A stretch of 45,595 nt of DNA, taken from positions 5,358,691 through 5,404,285 of the forward strand of contig MU058824.1 of the NCBI GenBank assembly GCA_013265495.1, in the 5' to 3' direction. Shown one piece after another: positions 1 to 12,469 of this stretch. The DNA is from Vicugna vicugna (taxonomy: Eukaryota). Positions within the stretch are counted from its first letter, which is position 1. Every line of letters starts with the position of its first letter. The notes under the pieces were generated by a model, which was not told the DNA's origin, ran no database searches, and saw nothing but the letters and a program-made list of their open reading frames with translations. The position numbers and the translations under genes were made by a program.

Positions 1-1330
1 AAAAAATATGTGGAACGATATGGTAGTGGAGAGTTAAGCATAAGGTAGGAGGCAAGGTCATTGGCTATGAGGAAGAGGAAGCTGAAGCTATAAGGACATG
101 CCTAGAGAAGAGAGGCATAGGTTTGAAAGCCATTTCAGAGAGTGTAGTGTGTTGGCCAGACAAATGTAACAAGTTGTTGATCATTTGTTTAAAATTAAGT
201 ATATTGTGTGCCTTGCTCCAGTGCAAGGCCAGAGATCATGGATGGCAATTTATGTGGATTCTGAATACGACAGACAAGTGAGACAGGGCTTTGGGACACT
301 GGCTAGATTATCAGTGAAATGGTAGATCATGAAATTTAAGCAATGAGAGAATAAAGTGAGTCTTTTGTGTACATATAGATACTTACATGATATTCTATAG
401 TCAACAGTGATTCCCCAAAAGGTCTTGCTGCTGTCAGGTGTTAGGTACTATCCATCATAACTGTGCTAAACACATTTCATATGTAAATAAACATGGGACA
501 TCTGGCCCTTGGGGAAAAAAGAGAATAAAATGAAGAAATCAGAAGGCTGATGGTAGGAATGAAAGTAAAGAAGACAGGTATTTGAAGGTCCTGATGAGGT
601 AGAAGATAGTCTCAGTGGGAGTAGGTAGAAAAGTAGTTATAAGCTGAGAGGAAAAGAAGTTTAGGTCTAAATGAAGGATGCTCTAGTTAGTAGTTTAAGG
701 GTACGACAAGGTCCAAGGCCATACTAATGGAGTGGGTGGCTGATGGTATGCAGAGAAGGTCACAAGTTATGAGGTCAAGAACCCAAGGTCAAGGTGTTAG
801 GTGGGTCATGGAGTTGGCTGCTGATGTCACCCAGGATACTAGCAGGACTTAGGGTTAAGAGGAAGACAGTGATTGTATACTAAAGTCTTTCATGAAAGGT
901 GGTGACTGAGGGCCAAGGGAAATTGATGTCTAACTGCAAGGGTGGTAAATGACAGCTAGGAGGAAAGGGAGAGGCTGTCATGCATGATGTGAGGGAAGTG
1001 GTAATTGTTGGCAAGTGATGATGGGAAGCACAGAGGACAAAAACTCCCTGTCCTGACTTTGAGCTACATGACAGTGAGAAAATGAACAGTCTCCACTTGT
1101 GGGAGATGTGGGAAAGTATTTGTAGCGGGGTCTCCTTTAAGGGAAGGTAGAGGGATTAAGCAAAGAAACAAGTAAATTCGTAGAGAATTTGGTGTATGGA
1201 ACAGTATATCCATAGAGCTCAGCTCAAGAGTTTAGATGGAGTAGGGCATGGGTGGGCTGTGCCAATGGCCCGAAAGTACCAAGCAGAAGGGGTAAAGGTG
1301 GAGGAGAGAGAATGGATGGCCAGAAATGTA
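1..1330 (-). mobile_element. Highly diverged L2 LINE remnants, interrupted by an insert at 360-519
   Basis: Purine-rich sequence with motifs typical of antisense L2 (e.g. gaggtcaagaacccaagg, gatgtcacccaggat, gaggaagacagtga). Recognised from memory; boundaries approximate. Confidence 0.5.
360..519 (+). pseudogene. Short retroposed mRNA 3'-end fragment, source gene unidentified
   Basis: AATAAA at 486-491 and an A-run at 515-520. Flanking direct repeats AGAGAATAAAGTGA (346-359) and AGAGAATAAAATGA (520-533) are 13/14 identical. Confidence 0.55.
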
Positions 1331-3904
1331 TTCTTTGGGTATTCCTGGTGAAAATGCAAGGTGAGTATTCAGTTAATCTCTTTGAAAAGAGGAGGGAATG
1401 GGCAATGGACTTCTAAGAGAAGTCACGTATAGATGTCTAGGTATAGATGTGACTTTCCTTAGAAGATGTTGGTCTGGAGAGCTGCTATTTCTGCAATCGT
1501 TTGGCCTTGAGGGCTCTTCTATGCTGCAGCCCTGCAGACAGGGCTTTCAACCTTATAACCAAGATTCCTGGTTATGATTGGTTTCAGATTTTATATCCTA
1601 CTATCATACTTGCATGTCCTATGTTGGCTGGGATCTGTAGAAATGCAGTCATGCACTTCCATAGTGTTTACAGCTTTTAGAACAATTTTCAAGATACTGT
1701 CAGTCAAGCACATGATGCCATAAAATGCCATACATTTTACTTTTATAAAAACAGTTTTTCTCATGGTTTCTTCACAATTTAGACTGAGAAAAGAGAGTTT
1801 TATTGGGGGTTAATAATTTCTGTTAGACTAATTGGTTTACCAAGTGGAAATAAAAAACTCATTGAGAGGAGTTAAGATTTGAAAAATAAGCTTGGGGAGT
1901 GAGAGGCAAAGTGTAACCCTTGTCAGTTTCAGTGACCCTGAGTGGGGGAGGTTGAAGGATCATGCTGTTCTCTAGCCTTGATGGTGGCTTCCCTCCATTC
2001 TTTATTTTTTCACTTTTAACATGGTGTTCCCCAGTGCAGGAGTCTATTTCTCTCATTTAGCTTTGTGACTCTTCGAGATTGGGTGGAAGTGGCAGATATT
2101 CTGAACAGTTAGCTGGTAATGTGAAGCTCAGTTTGGCCTTGGAAGTAGCAAAAAGAGGTAGAAAGGGCATGAAATGTTGCAGCTTAGCATATTACAGATG
2201 CTCAAGCTAAAGTAAACTACATAACAGCCCCTGAACCCCATTTTCCTCCCTGTTAACAATGAAAATTATGATACCCATTTACCTGGAACAAGATAGACAT
2301 TGAATAAATGTGAGGCTTTCATTTCTTCCTTTTAGCCGAACTGTTGTTTACACTTGGCACTCAAGTGAAGGTTGAAAGTGTAGGAAGGATGTAAAGAGGT
2401 CTTTTGTCCAAGGCAAATTAGTCTCGGTAGTGGGCAAGTCTTAAATAATGTGACTTGCTTTATTTTACATTTTCTGAATATCCTGTTATACTAGTTTGGG
2501 CACTTAAATGTTTTTAGAGAGCTGACAATATTTTAATCATTGTAACTATATTGAAGTACACAAAATTAAATGAGGGGTTTGACAGGTGATGCCGTCTATC
2601 AAGAATTTAATCATTTGGGAAATGCAGAATTTGGTCAGATGAAGCTAAGAGTTTTTCAGGACTTGTCATTGAGATTTCTTTTTATGGGAAGAAAAAGGAA
2701 GTATTTCTTTGTAGTTTGAAGGGACTGATACCACCAAGTATAGTCACGTAGATGCATCCTCTCTTCTTTCCTTTAGCAGACACACTGATTATCAAGTGCT
2801 CTGCATACAGCATTTTGATTAAAGGACCTTTTCTATAGTTCATCTCCTTTCATCACACAGTTTCTTGCAATCTCCCAGAGGCTTTACAGATATCATGAAA
2901 AGAAGAGGGTTGCTTCTTCTAAAATTTCCTCTGTTGATTGTTTTATAGTTATGATGGTTCACAATTTTTTTTTATTTAAAGGATTCTTATTTCTTCAAAC
3001 AAGAATAATAAATTTGGGAAAAGTTTTCTCTAGCAAAAAGTTTGTCACTTTATGGAAACTTTATGGAAATACTTATGTAAATCTAATACCTAGAATGTGC
3101 CTAAAGAAAAATCCATTGATACCATTAAGATCAATATATTTTCCTTTTCTTTCTATTGATAAGTGTTACAGGAATTGTCACACCAACACTTCTGAGTGCT
3201 GTGTCTGGAGGATTTTTTTTTTTTATCAACTTGGCACAGATAGAAATGTCATCTTGACCTTGTTTCTGAAGGATGTTTTAACCTCATTAATTAAGCAACC
3301 TCCATCACTATTCAGTGAAGCTCTCTTGAGAGTGAAGGGCCTTTGATTAGGGAAATTCCCTAATTGGATAGGACCTCTCATCATAAAATAGTCATAACAT
3401 GTTGATTCTAGTTTTACCATTAGGAATTCCATTGCTTAACACAAATGGATTATAAGAAGAATTTGATTAACCTAAGTCAATTTTAACCTGGAGATATATG
3501 GAACCATTGAAAAAAGATCAAGTAACCTTAGCAATCCTGGAGTCTATGGAAAGAGGATGGGCTTTTGAATCATGATAGCAAAAATAAATATTATACAATT
3601 GAGTTTGGGTTTTAATATAATATCAATTTCCAATGATGGCTAATACTTCTCTTCTCTGTCTCTCAAATTACATATTAAAATTTTTATTGAGAAAGTAATC
3701 ATGAATACACAGAAGAACTATAATGAATTCCCATGTATATCACCCAGTGTCAATAATTACCCATTTTTTTTTGGTCTCCTCCACCTTTTTGTTTGTTTGC
3801 TGGGATAATTTAAAGCAAGTCCCACATATATTATTTTATCCATAAACATTTTAGAATTTACCTCTGTCAATCTATTTTTATGCTGTTAAAATACCTATAC
3901 ATGC

Positions 3905-4065
3905 TAAAACAGTGCTTTATAATTCTTGACTGCCTTATTTCATTTGTCTATCACAACAATATGATAGATATTATCATCAGTATTGAGCAGATTGAAAAAA
4001 ACAGAGGTTTTGAGTGGTTAAATGCACTCTCAGGGGCAGTGGGTTTCAAATCTGGGTCTTATAAA
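3905..4065 (-). mobile_element. MIR SINE fragment
   Basis: MIR core-like antisense sequence (cacaacaat...gatattatcatc...cagattgaaaaaaacagagg...tttcaaatctgggtct). Confidence 0.5.
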
Positions 4066-4245
4066 TATTTAAATCAATTTTACACTCTGTAGCAGATAAT
4101 GACCAGACCAAGTAAGTAAAAGGCTATTCCTTGGGTATTTGACCTCAACTGTTCTGGGCAGAGGTTCCATTCTTTTGGTCTTGTGATACCTGTGGACCAA
4201 CTAAAGAGTGTGAGCATAGCCAGAGGAAAGTGGCCATTCGAGATG

Positions 4246-4776
4246 TGTATTAAACATGTCTTTTTATTCTGATGTTTTGATATCTGGGGTTTCGCTGACC
4301 CTGGAGAAACTGCTGTTCCCAGAGCTCCAGTTCCTAGAGATAGTAAAGGACTCACTTGCAAGTGTGCCTTTTGTATGCAAACTGACCAATCCAATGCCCA
4401 TATTCCCCAACCACCTCCTTTACCTGGGTCTTACGCTCCGGACCACTATCTGCCAGTCCTAATTACCCCAGGGCCAGGTACCTGACAACTAGGGATAGCC
4501 CCTATGCCCTAGAGCCCACCAAAATTATTCAATGCAGCCAATCCTAAACCTGCTTATTCTCACCTGTTCCTTCCAATAGAAGCCACAATAAAGGCTCTTC
4601 CCCACATTTCCCCCTCATTATTTTGCCGCTGGACCCTGGTACTTCTCCTTGTGGCCCAGTGTGGTATGGCATGCCTCCTCGTCTTGGGAATTATGAGTGT
4701 AACAAACTCTCTTTTCAATGACAGTCATCTCCTGATGGCCATACCTGAATAGTAATAAAACCTACATTTTAAAACA
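4246..4776 (+). mobile_element. Solo ERVL LTR, MER74 family
   Basis: TG...CA termini with a perfect 5-bp TSD AGATG (4241-4245, 4777-4781). Internal motifs match recalled MER74 (ccccagggccaggtacc, agccaatcctaaacctgctta, cacaataaaggctctt, aataaaacctacattttaaaaca). Confidence 0.85.
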
Positions 4777-5309
4777 AGATGGTAAAATCTGAGTAAAATT
4801 TCTGGGGCTTAATACCAAGGCTTGCTGCTGGAAGATCTGACAAGCTTAGTTGGAAGCAGGTGACAGTTCTGGGTCAGGTAACTGGGTTGGAGATCAAACT
4901 CTAAAAGAATAGCAATAGGGGACAGGCAATGAGGTCAACAGCATGTAAAGACATCATAATTAAATGGTAATAATCAATCATTCGGTTATTTTGCTGGCTT
5001 CCCAAGATGGGCTAAATGCCGCAGGCAATTACATATTTTTTTAGGTATGACTATCACCTCAAAAACATTCCCCTAGGACTACAGGAAAGCAGTGTTCCCT
5101 CACACCCTGATATGGGTGCCTCCCCAGTGTTTCTTCCCTTAGGCCCCCATCCCTGCTGGTCCTGCATGTCCCATCCAGTCTTGCAATAGTCTACAGTGAG
5201 GGGCTATATCTGAGACTCTCAGTACCTGACTCTGCTTCAGGTGTTTCCTCTTCTGAGCCTCTTGTTTTCAAGCTAACTCTTAAATTTTCAGCTCAGTTTG
5301 CATCTCAGG

Positions 5310-5420
5310 TAGAATTGTAGATCAGACACCACAGACCCTTCTAAATCCAACACCTTCATTTTACATATGAAGAAACTAAACTTCAGAGAGGTAAAAGACT
5401 TGTCCTGAGAACATAGGCTG
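5310..5420 (-). mobile_element. MIR/MIR3 fragment
   Basis: Core motif cttcattttacatatgaagaaactaaacttcagagaggtaaaagacttgtcc. Confidence 0.6.
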
Positions 5421-6072
5421 CAAAATGTTGAAGGACTTTTGACAGTATGGTACACATTATTTTACTTATGCTGATAATATTTGGTAAAATCTGACTTCTA
5501 TTATCATATCTCACAATAACAAGTTTTAGAGGACTATAAGTTACTTGGCTGTAGCACAATCAATATAACAAATATTTATTTTGATAACTGGGAAATTAAT
5601 TATTCCCTTATGAAAAAAGTTTTTATAATGGTTTATGTCATATTTCATGATAATCCTTACACTGTATAATATGCTAGGTTTTCCTAACTTTTGCCTACAT
5701 ACACACAAATATAGTCACAAACACCCATAAACACACAACATACAAATACTGAATACTCACTCTCTTATTGCCTTTAAAAAAATCCTTAACTCAAATTAAC
5801 CTATCTAGATGGATGGGGCAATACATAGCAATTCATGTGTTAAAACACTTCACAATAACTCATTAATTATAGTATGAACTGCTTTTGACATAATGTCCTA
5901 AAAGTATGTTGTCAGTTTAAAGAGGTATTTTATTATTTTGTACTGGTTCTGGGAAATACATGGTTATTCAATAATGAGTTCACTTATCCAAGATGTAATC
6001 ATGGCTTCAGGATCCATGTGCCTGTGCCAACTACTGAAGTGACCTGGGCATGTTAAGGAAGACTCCTGAGGT

Positions 6073-6237
6073 CAGTGATTCTCAAACTAAAGAGGCATGA
6101 GAATCACCTGGGGGGAGGGGGGCTTGTTAAATCCACAGATCGCTGGGCCCCACCTTCAGAGGTTATGGGGTGGGCCCCAGGTATTTGCATTTCTAACAAG
6201 TTACTGCTGGTCAGGAGCCACGTTTGGAGAGCTATTG
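6073..6237. mobile_element. MER5A hAT-Charlie DNA transposon
   Basis: cagtgattctcaaact start, gaatcacctgg, gggccccacc, tttgcatttctaacaag, and a degenerate terminal inverted repeat. Confidence 0.8.
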
Positions 6238-6712
6238 CCTTAGACAATTACTCAACTGAAGGTCATACAAAAAGAGGGGCTGGTAGGAGTTTTCTGATTC
6301 CTTCAGAAACAACTCATGGGCTTGCAGTCTTATACCAAGCAGACTTACTATCGTCCCTGTGCCCTTATTGTGACCTTAAAGGAGCAGGCTCCAAAAACAC
6401 ATGCAAGTAGTAACTAAAGTCAGACAAGTATGTGTGAAACATTAGAACAGAAACACTAATACCCACAAGCCTTAACGCTTTAAAACAATCCGTCAGGTTT
6501 TACATGTCTTGTAATTTGAGGGTGAGGGATGGTTCCATATTCTTGTGCATTATCAGTTTGTAAGAAATGTGCAAAATTTTTGATAAACCTCCACTGCCAT
6601 TGATCATGGCTACCCTGTAATTTCAGTGTCTCTAGCACAAACGAAAGTAGGCTGCTTCTACTGTAAACTGCCTTTGACCATATATGTTATTGCTGATTTT
6701 ACTGTGTTGATA

Positions 6713-7355
6713 CTGTTGATCCTCATTATTTGTGAATTCCATATTTGAAAACTTTCCTACTTGTTGAAATTTATTTGTAACTTCAAAATCAATACTCGTG
6801 GTGTTTTCCTGGCCACTTGTGGGCACGTGCAGAGCAATGACAAATTTGAGTAGCCCACGTGCACGGTCTCAGCTGAGATCCAGCAGGGTGTGGCTCTGCC
6901 TTCTTTTTTCAGCTCTCACACTGCAAAGACATGTTCTTTTCTTGGCCCATTAGTGTCATGTTTTTCACATTTTTTGCTCTTCATTAGTGATCTTACTGTT
7001 TAAAATGGCCCCCAAACATAGTACTGGAGTGCTGTGTAGTATTCCCGAGGGCAAGAAGGCTGCCCCGTCCCTGTTAGACAAAATAGGTGTCAAAGTAGCT
7101 TTGTTCAGGCATTAATTACAGTGCTGTTGGCCATGAGTTCAATGTTGATGAATCAATAATATATATTAAATAAGGTGTCTTTACATAAAAACACACATAA
7201 AGTTATGGATTGATCAGTTGACAAACGTGTTATGACCAGATGCACCCTGGAACCTATCCTTGTATTTCGCCTAGGAGCAGTGATTGAGTATTTGCTGATC
7301 TGTGTTTGCAGTAGTTTCATAGAACATAACTACTATGAACAAGGAGAAACAGCTG
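6713..7355 (+). mobile_element. MER82 (TcMar-Tigger) non-autonomous DNA transposon, near full length
   Basis: Preceded by TA. Starts ctgttgatcctcattatt, ends ggagaaacagctg. Contains the decayed transposase 5' piece aaaatggcccccaa...gagttcaatgttgatgaatcaa, matching recalled consensus. Confidence 0.8.
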
Positions 7356-8054
7356 TCTTGGATTTGCTGAGGACACCATGCTTAGTGAATTTGGTTTATC
7401 TGTTGATCAAATTTACCAATTCATTTCATGTTATCATTACTATCAGGGAGCACAGTATGGTATTTCACTGATTTTTTTCCCCCTTCCTTAGTCTCCACAA
7501 AATATGAGCATTTGGCTGCCTTGCTCTTATCACAAAACATATGGGCCCCCTGCCCTGCAATGTCCACACCTTTGGACCCTGAACATTGATTGGGAGAGTC
7601 CCCAAAGTTTCTGAGCCCAGCTGGTCAGGAGAACTTAGGAGAATTAACTGTGCTTAATATTGCTGCCCTCAAAATAGTGAGATTTCTTGGACTCAGAATG
7701 ATTTTCCATTGGTTTCCATGTTCCTATGTTTTCAGAACATAATACTAATAATGCTTTCATCTGTGTCTTTTCCCACATCATCATGAAGAAATGCTCTGAA
7801 ATGTGCATTTTAGGGGGGAAAGAATCCTGTGTGATAGAAAGGGTTTGGACATTGGATTATTTCTTCTACTCAAAAGAAGAAATATTTGAAACTGCTTCCC
7901 CAAGGAAACATTGCTATTAAGTTATAAAATAGTTAATAGATCTAAAAGTCAACCTATTAGCTGGATTTTTTTTTACCACTTTTCTAACTGAGCTAATATT
8001 TACAATAATTTAGTAAAACTATTGAACAAGTAAGAGATAATGATGATAATAATA

Positions 8055-8240
8055 GTTATTATTTATTGAGCCCCTTCCATGTTCCAGGAACTGTACAAGG
8101 CACTTGTTACACACATTGTTTCATCAGCTTCCCATCTTCCCTGTGTGAGAAGTAGCACTGTCCCCAGTTTACAGATAGCGTCACTGAGGCTCTAAGAGTT
8201 GAAAGAGAAATAATACAGATCACAAAGCTAGTAAGCCTGG
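8055..8240 (-). mobile_element. MIR SINE
   Basis: atttattgagc...ccaggaactgtacaaggcactt...ccccagtttacagat...actgaggct...gatcacaaagctagtaag. Confidence 0.7.
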
Positions 8241-9431
8241 ACCCTAGTTTGCTAGTTGTCCCCCACTGTATCCCACTTGGCTTCCATCTTTGTGGAAGGA
8301 GAAGGGAGTCTGACTTCTCCCTCAGATATGATTAGCCAAAAGGTAATATAACAATGGAAAAGGCTGATTTTCACAAACTGAATGTTGATTGCAAGTCTGT
8401 GAATTTGGAGTGGACAGTACTTCTGGCTGAGAATAGATTGTTGTCATGCCTTTTGATACTGGTTGATTGGAAGCCAGTGAAAGATGTTCTGACATAGCAA
8501 TTGAATTAAAATTTTTATGTTCTCAGTTTTCTCTTTTACTAGATTCATCTTGGGCTCTGAAGTGTTCTTGCCTTGAACACTGCTCTGAATAAAGTAATGA
8601 GGGAACAATACTTTATTTCTTCTTCTTTTTAATCAAAATGTCATGTCCTTGAAAAGAATTCTCCCTTAAACGTCAGCAGTCTGCTGCTCTTAGCTTGCTT
8701 TATGGTGTATTTATATATGTTTGGGGAAGTCTTTCACAAACTCAAAATTTCTGGAAAGAAATAAATTCTCATTCTCAGTCTCTTTTCACTCAGAACAGCA
8801 AACTCACACAGCAACAATAGCTTAATCTTATTCAATTTCTAGACATTCACTTCTAATCCATGAAGAGCTCCTAAATTAGTATTATGTTTGCCATGTTAGA
8901 TGACTAGATATCCTAAATAAGATGAGGGATGCTGTACAAGGGAAGAGCCTATTGCTTAAATTATTTGAGTCTAGTTTAGTAAATGCTGTATTACTATTGT
9001 ATTTGAGGTTCCTTAGTTAATCTAAACACAGTATGGAATAAGCACTTCCGTGACTCTCTGATTTATATATTCATATGGGGATTCTGTAGATTCTAGCAGT
9101 AAAATAGACATGCAAGAGCATAAATTTGGAGCCCAGTCCCAGAAGGTCTTTGGGCCTCTAGGTGTTGGTCATGAGACAAAGCACAGTTCCTGGCATGTGA
9201 TCAGTGCTCTGTAAATTTATGTTGACTTAATGACTGGGCTGAGACCAGGCTATGAAGGAAGGCTACATCACTGTAAATTATGTGTCAATTGAGATTTTGT
9301 GAACCAAATCTCATTTTGAATGCATAGTAAAAGCTTGTTATATTTAGGAACTTTGCCTAGAATTATCTGTAAAATGAAGAGCTACTTCCTAATTTGCCTA
9401 CTCTGTAACTTTTATTTTTTTAAAAAAAAAT

Positions 9432-9754
9432 CATTGACTGTACATTTCATAACTGTGACTCATTTATTTTGCAGTTGGAAGTTTGTAATTCTTAATCTCC
9501 CTCATCTATTTCTCTCCTCCTCTCACCCACTCCCCTCTGGCAACCACCTGTTTGTTCTCTGTATCTGTAACTGTATTCCTGTTTTGTTGTATTTATTCAT
9601 TTTCTTTGTTTTTAAGATTCCACATATAAGTGAAATCATACAGTGTTTGTCTTTCTCTATCTGACTTATTTCACTTAGCATAATGCCTTCTAGGTCCATC
9701 CATGTTGTCACAAGTGGCAAAATGGCATTCTTTTTTATAGCTGGGTAATATTCC

Positions 9755-9802
<48 letters not shown>

Positions 9803-10258
9803 GATTCTAGCACTATATATATATAAGAAGATATTTGTATTTCTATATTTATATATATATAAAATATCTTCTTTATGCATTCATCTATTGATAGGACTTA
9901 AATTGTTTCCATATCTTGGCTATTGTAAATAATGCTACAGTGAACATAGAGGTGCATGTATGTTTTCTAATTAGTGTTTTTTCATTGTCTTTGGATAGAT
10001 ATTCAGGAGTGGAACTGCTGAATCATGTGATAGTTCTATTTTTAATTTTTTGAGAAATCTCCATACTGTTTTCCATAGTGGCTATACCAGTTTATATTCT
10101 CACTAACAGTGCATAAGTGTTCCCTTTTCTCCATATCCTCACCAACACTGGTTGTTTGTTGTCTTTTTGATAATAGCCATTCCGACAGGTGTGAGGTGAT
10201 ATACTATTGTGGTTTTGATTTGCATTTCTTTGATGATTAGTGGTGTTGAGCATCTTTC
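9432..10258 (-). mobile_element. L1 3' end (ORF2 C-terminus plus 3'UTR), L1MA/artiodactyl type
   Basis: Minus-strand ORF 9523..9813 contains the L1 ORF2-end peptide MEYYPAIKKNAILPLVTTWMDLEGIMLSEISQ. Typical antisense L1 text throughout. Confidence 0.9.
9757..9798. repeat. (TG)21 microsatellite inside L1
   Basis: 42-nt perfect TG run, read directly. Confidence 0.95.
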
Positions 10259-10460
10259 ATTCCATTCTGAAAGCTGAAGCTATTTTTGCTCTTGCAAAGA
10301 TTTGACAGTGATTTCTCGAACAGCTTTTCATTTAGAAAAGTCTATTTTATTTCTTGATTTTCAGACTTAAAAATACTTAAATGAAAGCAGCAAAAACACT
10401 TGAGTTTTGCTTGAAATTTGATCATGGAAATCTCGTTTATATTATCTTTAACACCTTTTT

Positions 10461-10631
10461 TATTTTTTAAATTAAATTAAAAATTTTAAGTCGAAGTGCA
10501 GTCAGTTACAATGTGTCAATTTCTGGTATACAGCAGTGTCCCAGCCATGCATGTGCATACATATATTTGTTTTCATATTCTTTTTCATTAGAGGTTATTA
10601 CAAGATATTGAATATAGTTACCTGTGCTCAG
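10461..10631 (-). mobile_element. Short 5'-truncated camelid-type L1 3' end with TSD
   Basis: T-rich tail, then cagttacaatgtgtcaatttctggt...caagatattgaatatagttacctgtgct. TSD ACACCTTTTT at 10451-10460 and 10632-10641, with a TTTT/AA L1 endonuclease-type site. Confidence 0.85.
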
Positions 10632-12239
10632 ACACCTTTTTAAAAATAACTTTCATGATCAGAACATTTTATGAAAATCTAGATAAGGCTAAACTTGTTT
10701 AGATACTTTGAGCTCAGTACTTAACCAAGTAGATGTGGGGAGCATAGAAGACAGAGCCCTTTCTCTATTTAGGAAATGGAGACTTGGGGAAATGCACAAT
10801 GTGATTTGAAGTGCATTGTTATGTGTTTCTTTATAGCAGCAAATTACATTGAAATGGCCTCTCCTCTCCACTCATCTAGTTAATTAAATATGAAAGTAAT
10901 ATTTCTCCACATAGAAGCGCACCAACTCTTGTCCTGCTAGCTAGGAGAAGGGTAACAGAGTATGACAGTTTGTGAAAAGCCCCAACTAAATCCTTTCTAA
11001 TTAAACTCTATAGCTATCTTGAAGTGAGTGGATGCTCACAGGTAACCAATGCAGGAATCAAATCCATGTGTTGGCAAGAAGCCGCCCCCAGCTCAAGTAT
11101 CTGGACCTATACTCCACAGGGACGAGCATAAGAGGGTAGGAGTTTTACAGATTATCCATTATTTATCCAGTGGCTTTAAGAAAATGAATCATGCTTTCAA
11201 TTATCCCTTTCAGTTTATCATTTTAAGGGCACTTGTGAGTCTATAATATGGATTATGATATGGTAGACCAAAAGGAATCTCTATAGATATTAAATGAAAC
11301 TATGGATGGAGATTTATTCAGTCAACTGAAGGGAAAGTTGTTTACCAAGAGGGCTATATACAAATGATACATTATGTATAGGCTGGTATGAACTACTATA
11401 CAAACATAGAATTAAAATATGATAATTATTTACTTTTCTAATTAATTGCTCATTTAAGCAATTTCTGTCTCATTTATAGGAAATCTCTTTTCTTCTTTCC
11501 TCTGCCTCTTCGTTAAATTATACTGGGATCCTGGAGGCTTACACAGTCAAAAGAGAAGGAGGGTCTATCCAGCTTTACCCAAGTAAGGAGACTGGAGGCT
11601 TGTGAGTTCACCACTGCCCTTGCTTCCTGCTGCCACAAGGGGGAGATGCTGCAGACCCATCCTTCATGGTTCAATAGATTCCAGGGTCCCCTGCTGCAGT
11701 GATACTTAGGGAACAGGATCTCCAGTGAAATCAGCTGGGTTCTTTGAGGGAGAATGGTCTCAATTCCTCCGTTCTATGCAGTGTTCCCCAAGACTGGGAT
11801 CTCAAGATTGTACCTATTGGTGTTTAGTTCCTTCAATTCCCTTACACAGCTACCTCCCAGGTTATTAGTTGACTGATTACAGCTGGTTCTGACACCTGTC
11901 AATCATGATTCCTGAACTGTCTTTCTTTTCTCCCTAGTCAGCATTTCCTTCCAAACTCTCAAATCATAATCCCTCCTCCCCAGGATATTGGAACTAATAG
12001 ACCACTCTTCTGATGGAGGCTGCTTTGGTCATTTCAAAGGGCCCTACATTTACCCATCTGAGGGAGATTCTCACTTATGCTTGGGCACTGGGTTACCTCC
12101 ACTAGTGTTAAGTAAAGTCAAATGTACAGTGTAAGAAACAAGCAATTATAAGTATCATTGTCAGGGTGTATGTCATTCTTGTAAGTAATGTTTATTAGCC
12201 AGAACCATTGTTCAAACAGCAATGTGTAATCAGGTATAA

Positions 12240-12468
12240 CTGAACCATTTAAAGAAACTTCAAAAATGTGCTCCTCCATCAAGGCAATGAAAAAACTGGT
12301 AACAGTTGTCAGAATCAACTTTTTCAGAACTCTGACTTGATGCAACTCCAGATACATTTATACAAAACAAAACAAAACAGCTGAATCTCTGTAGGAACAG
12401 TGAACTTTGCAGTGTTTAATTTATCCAGTTCCCATCCCCTCTTCCCCAGCTCCGTGGTCACCTTGAAA
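12240..12468 (+). mobile_element. Old L1M 5'-end fragment
   Basis: ctccatcaaggcaatgaaaaaactgg...gtcagaatcaactttttcagaactctg...cagctgaatctc...ccttgaaaa resembles recalled L1M 5' UTR consensus. Confidence 0.6.
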
Positions 12469-12469
12469 A

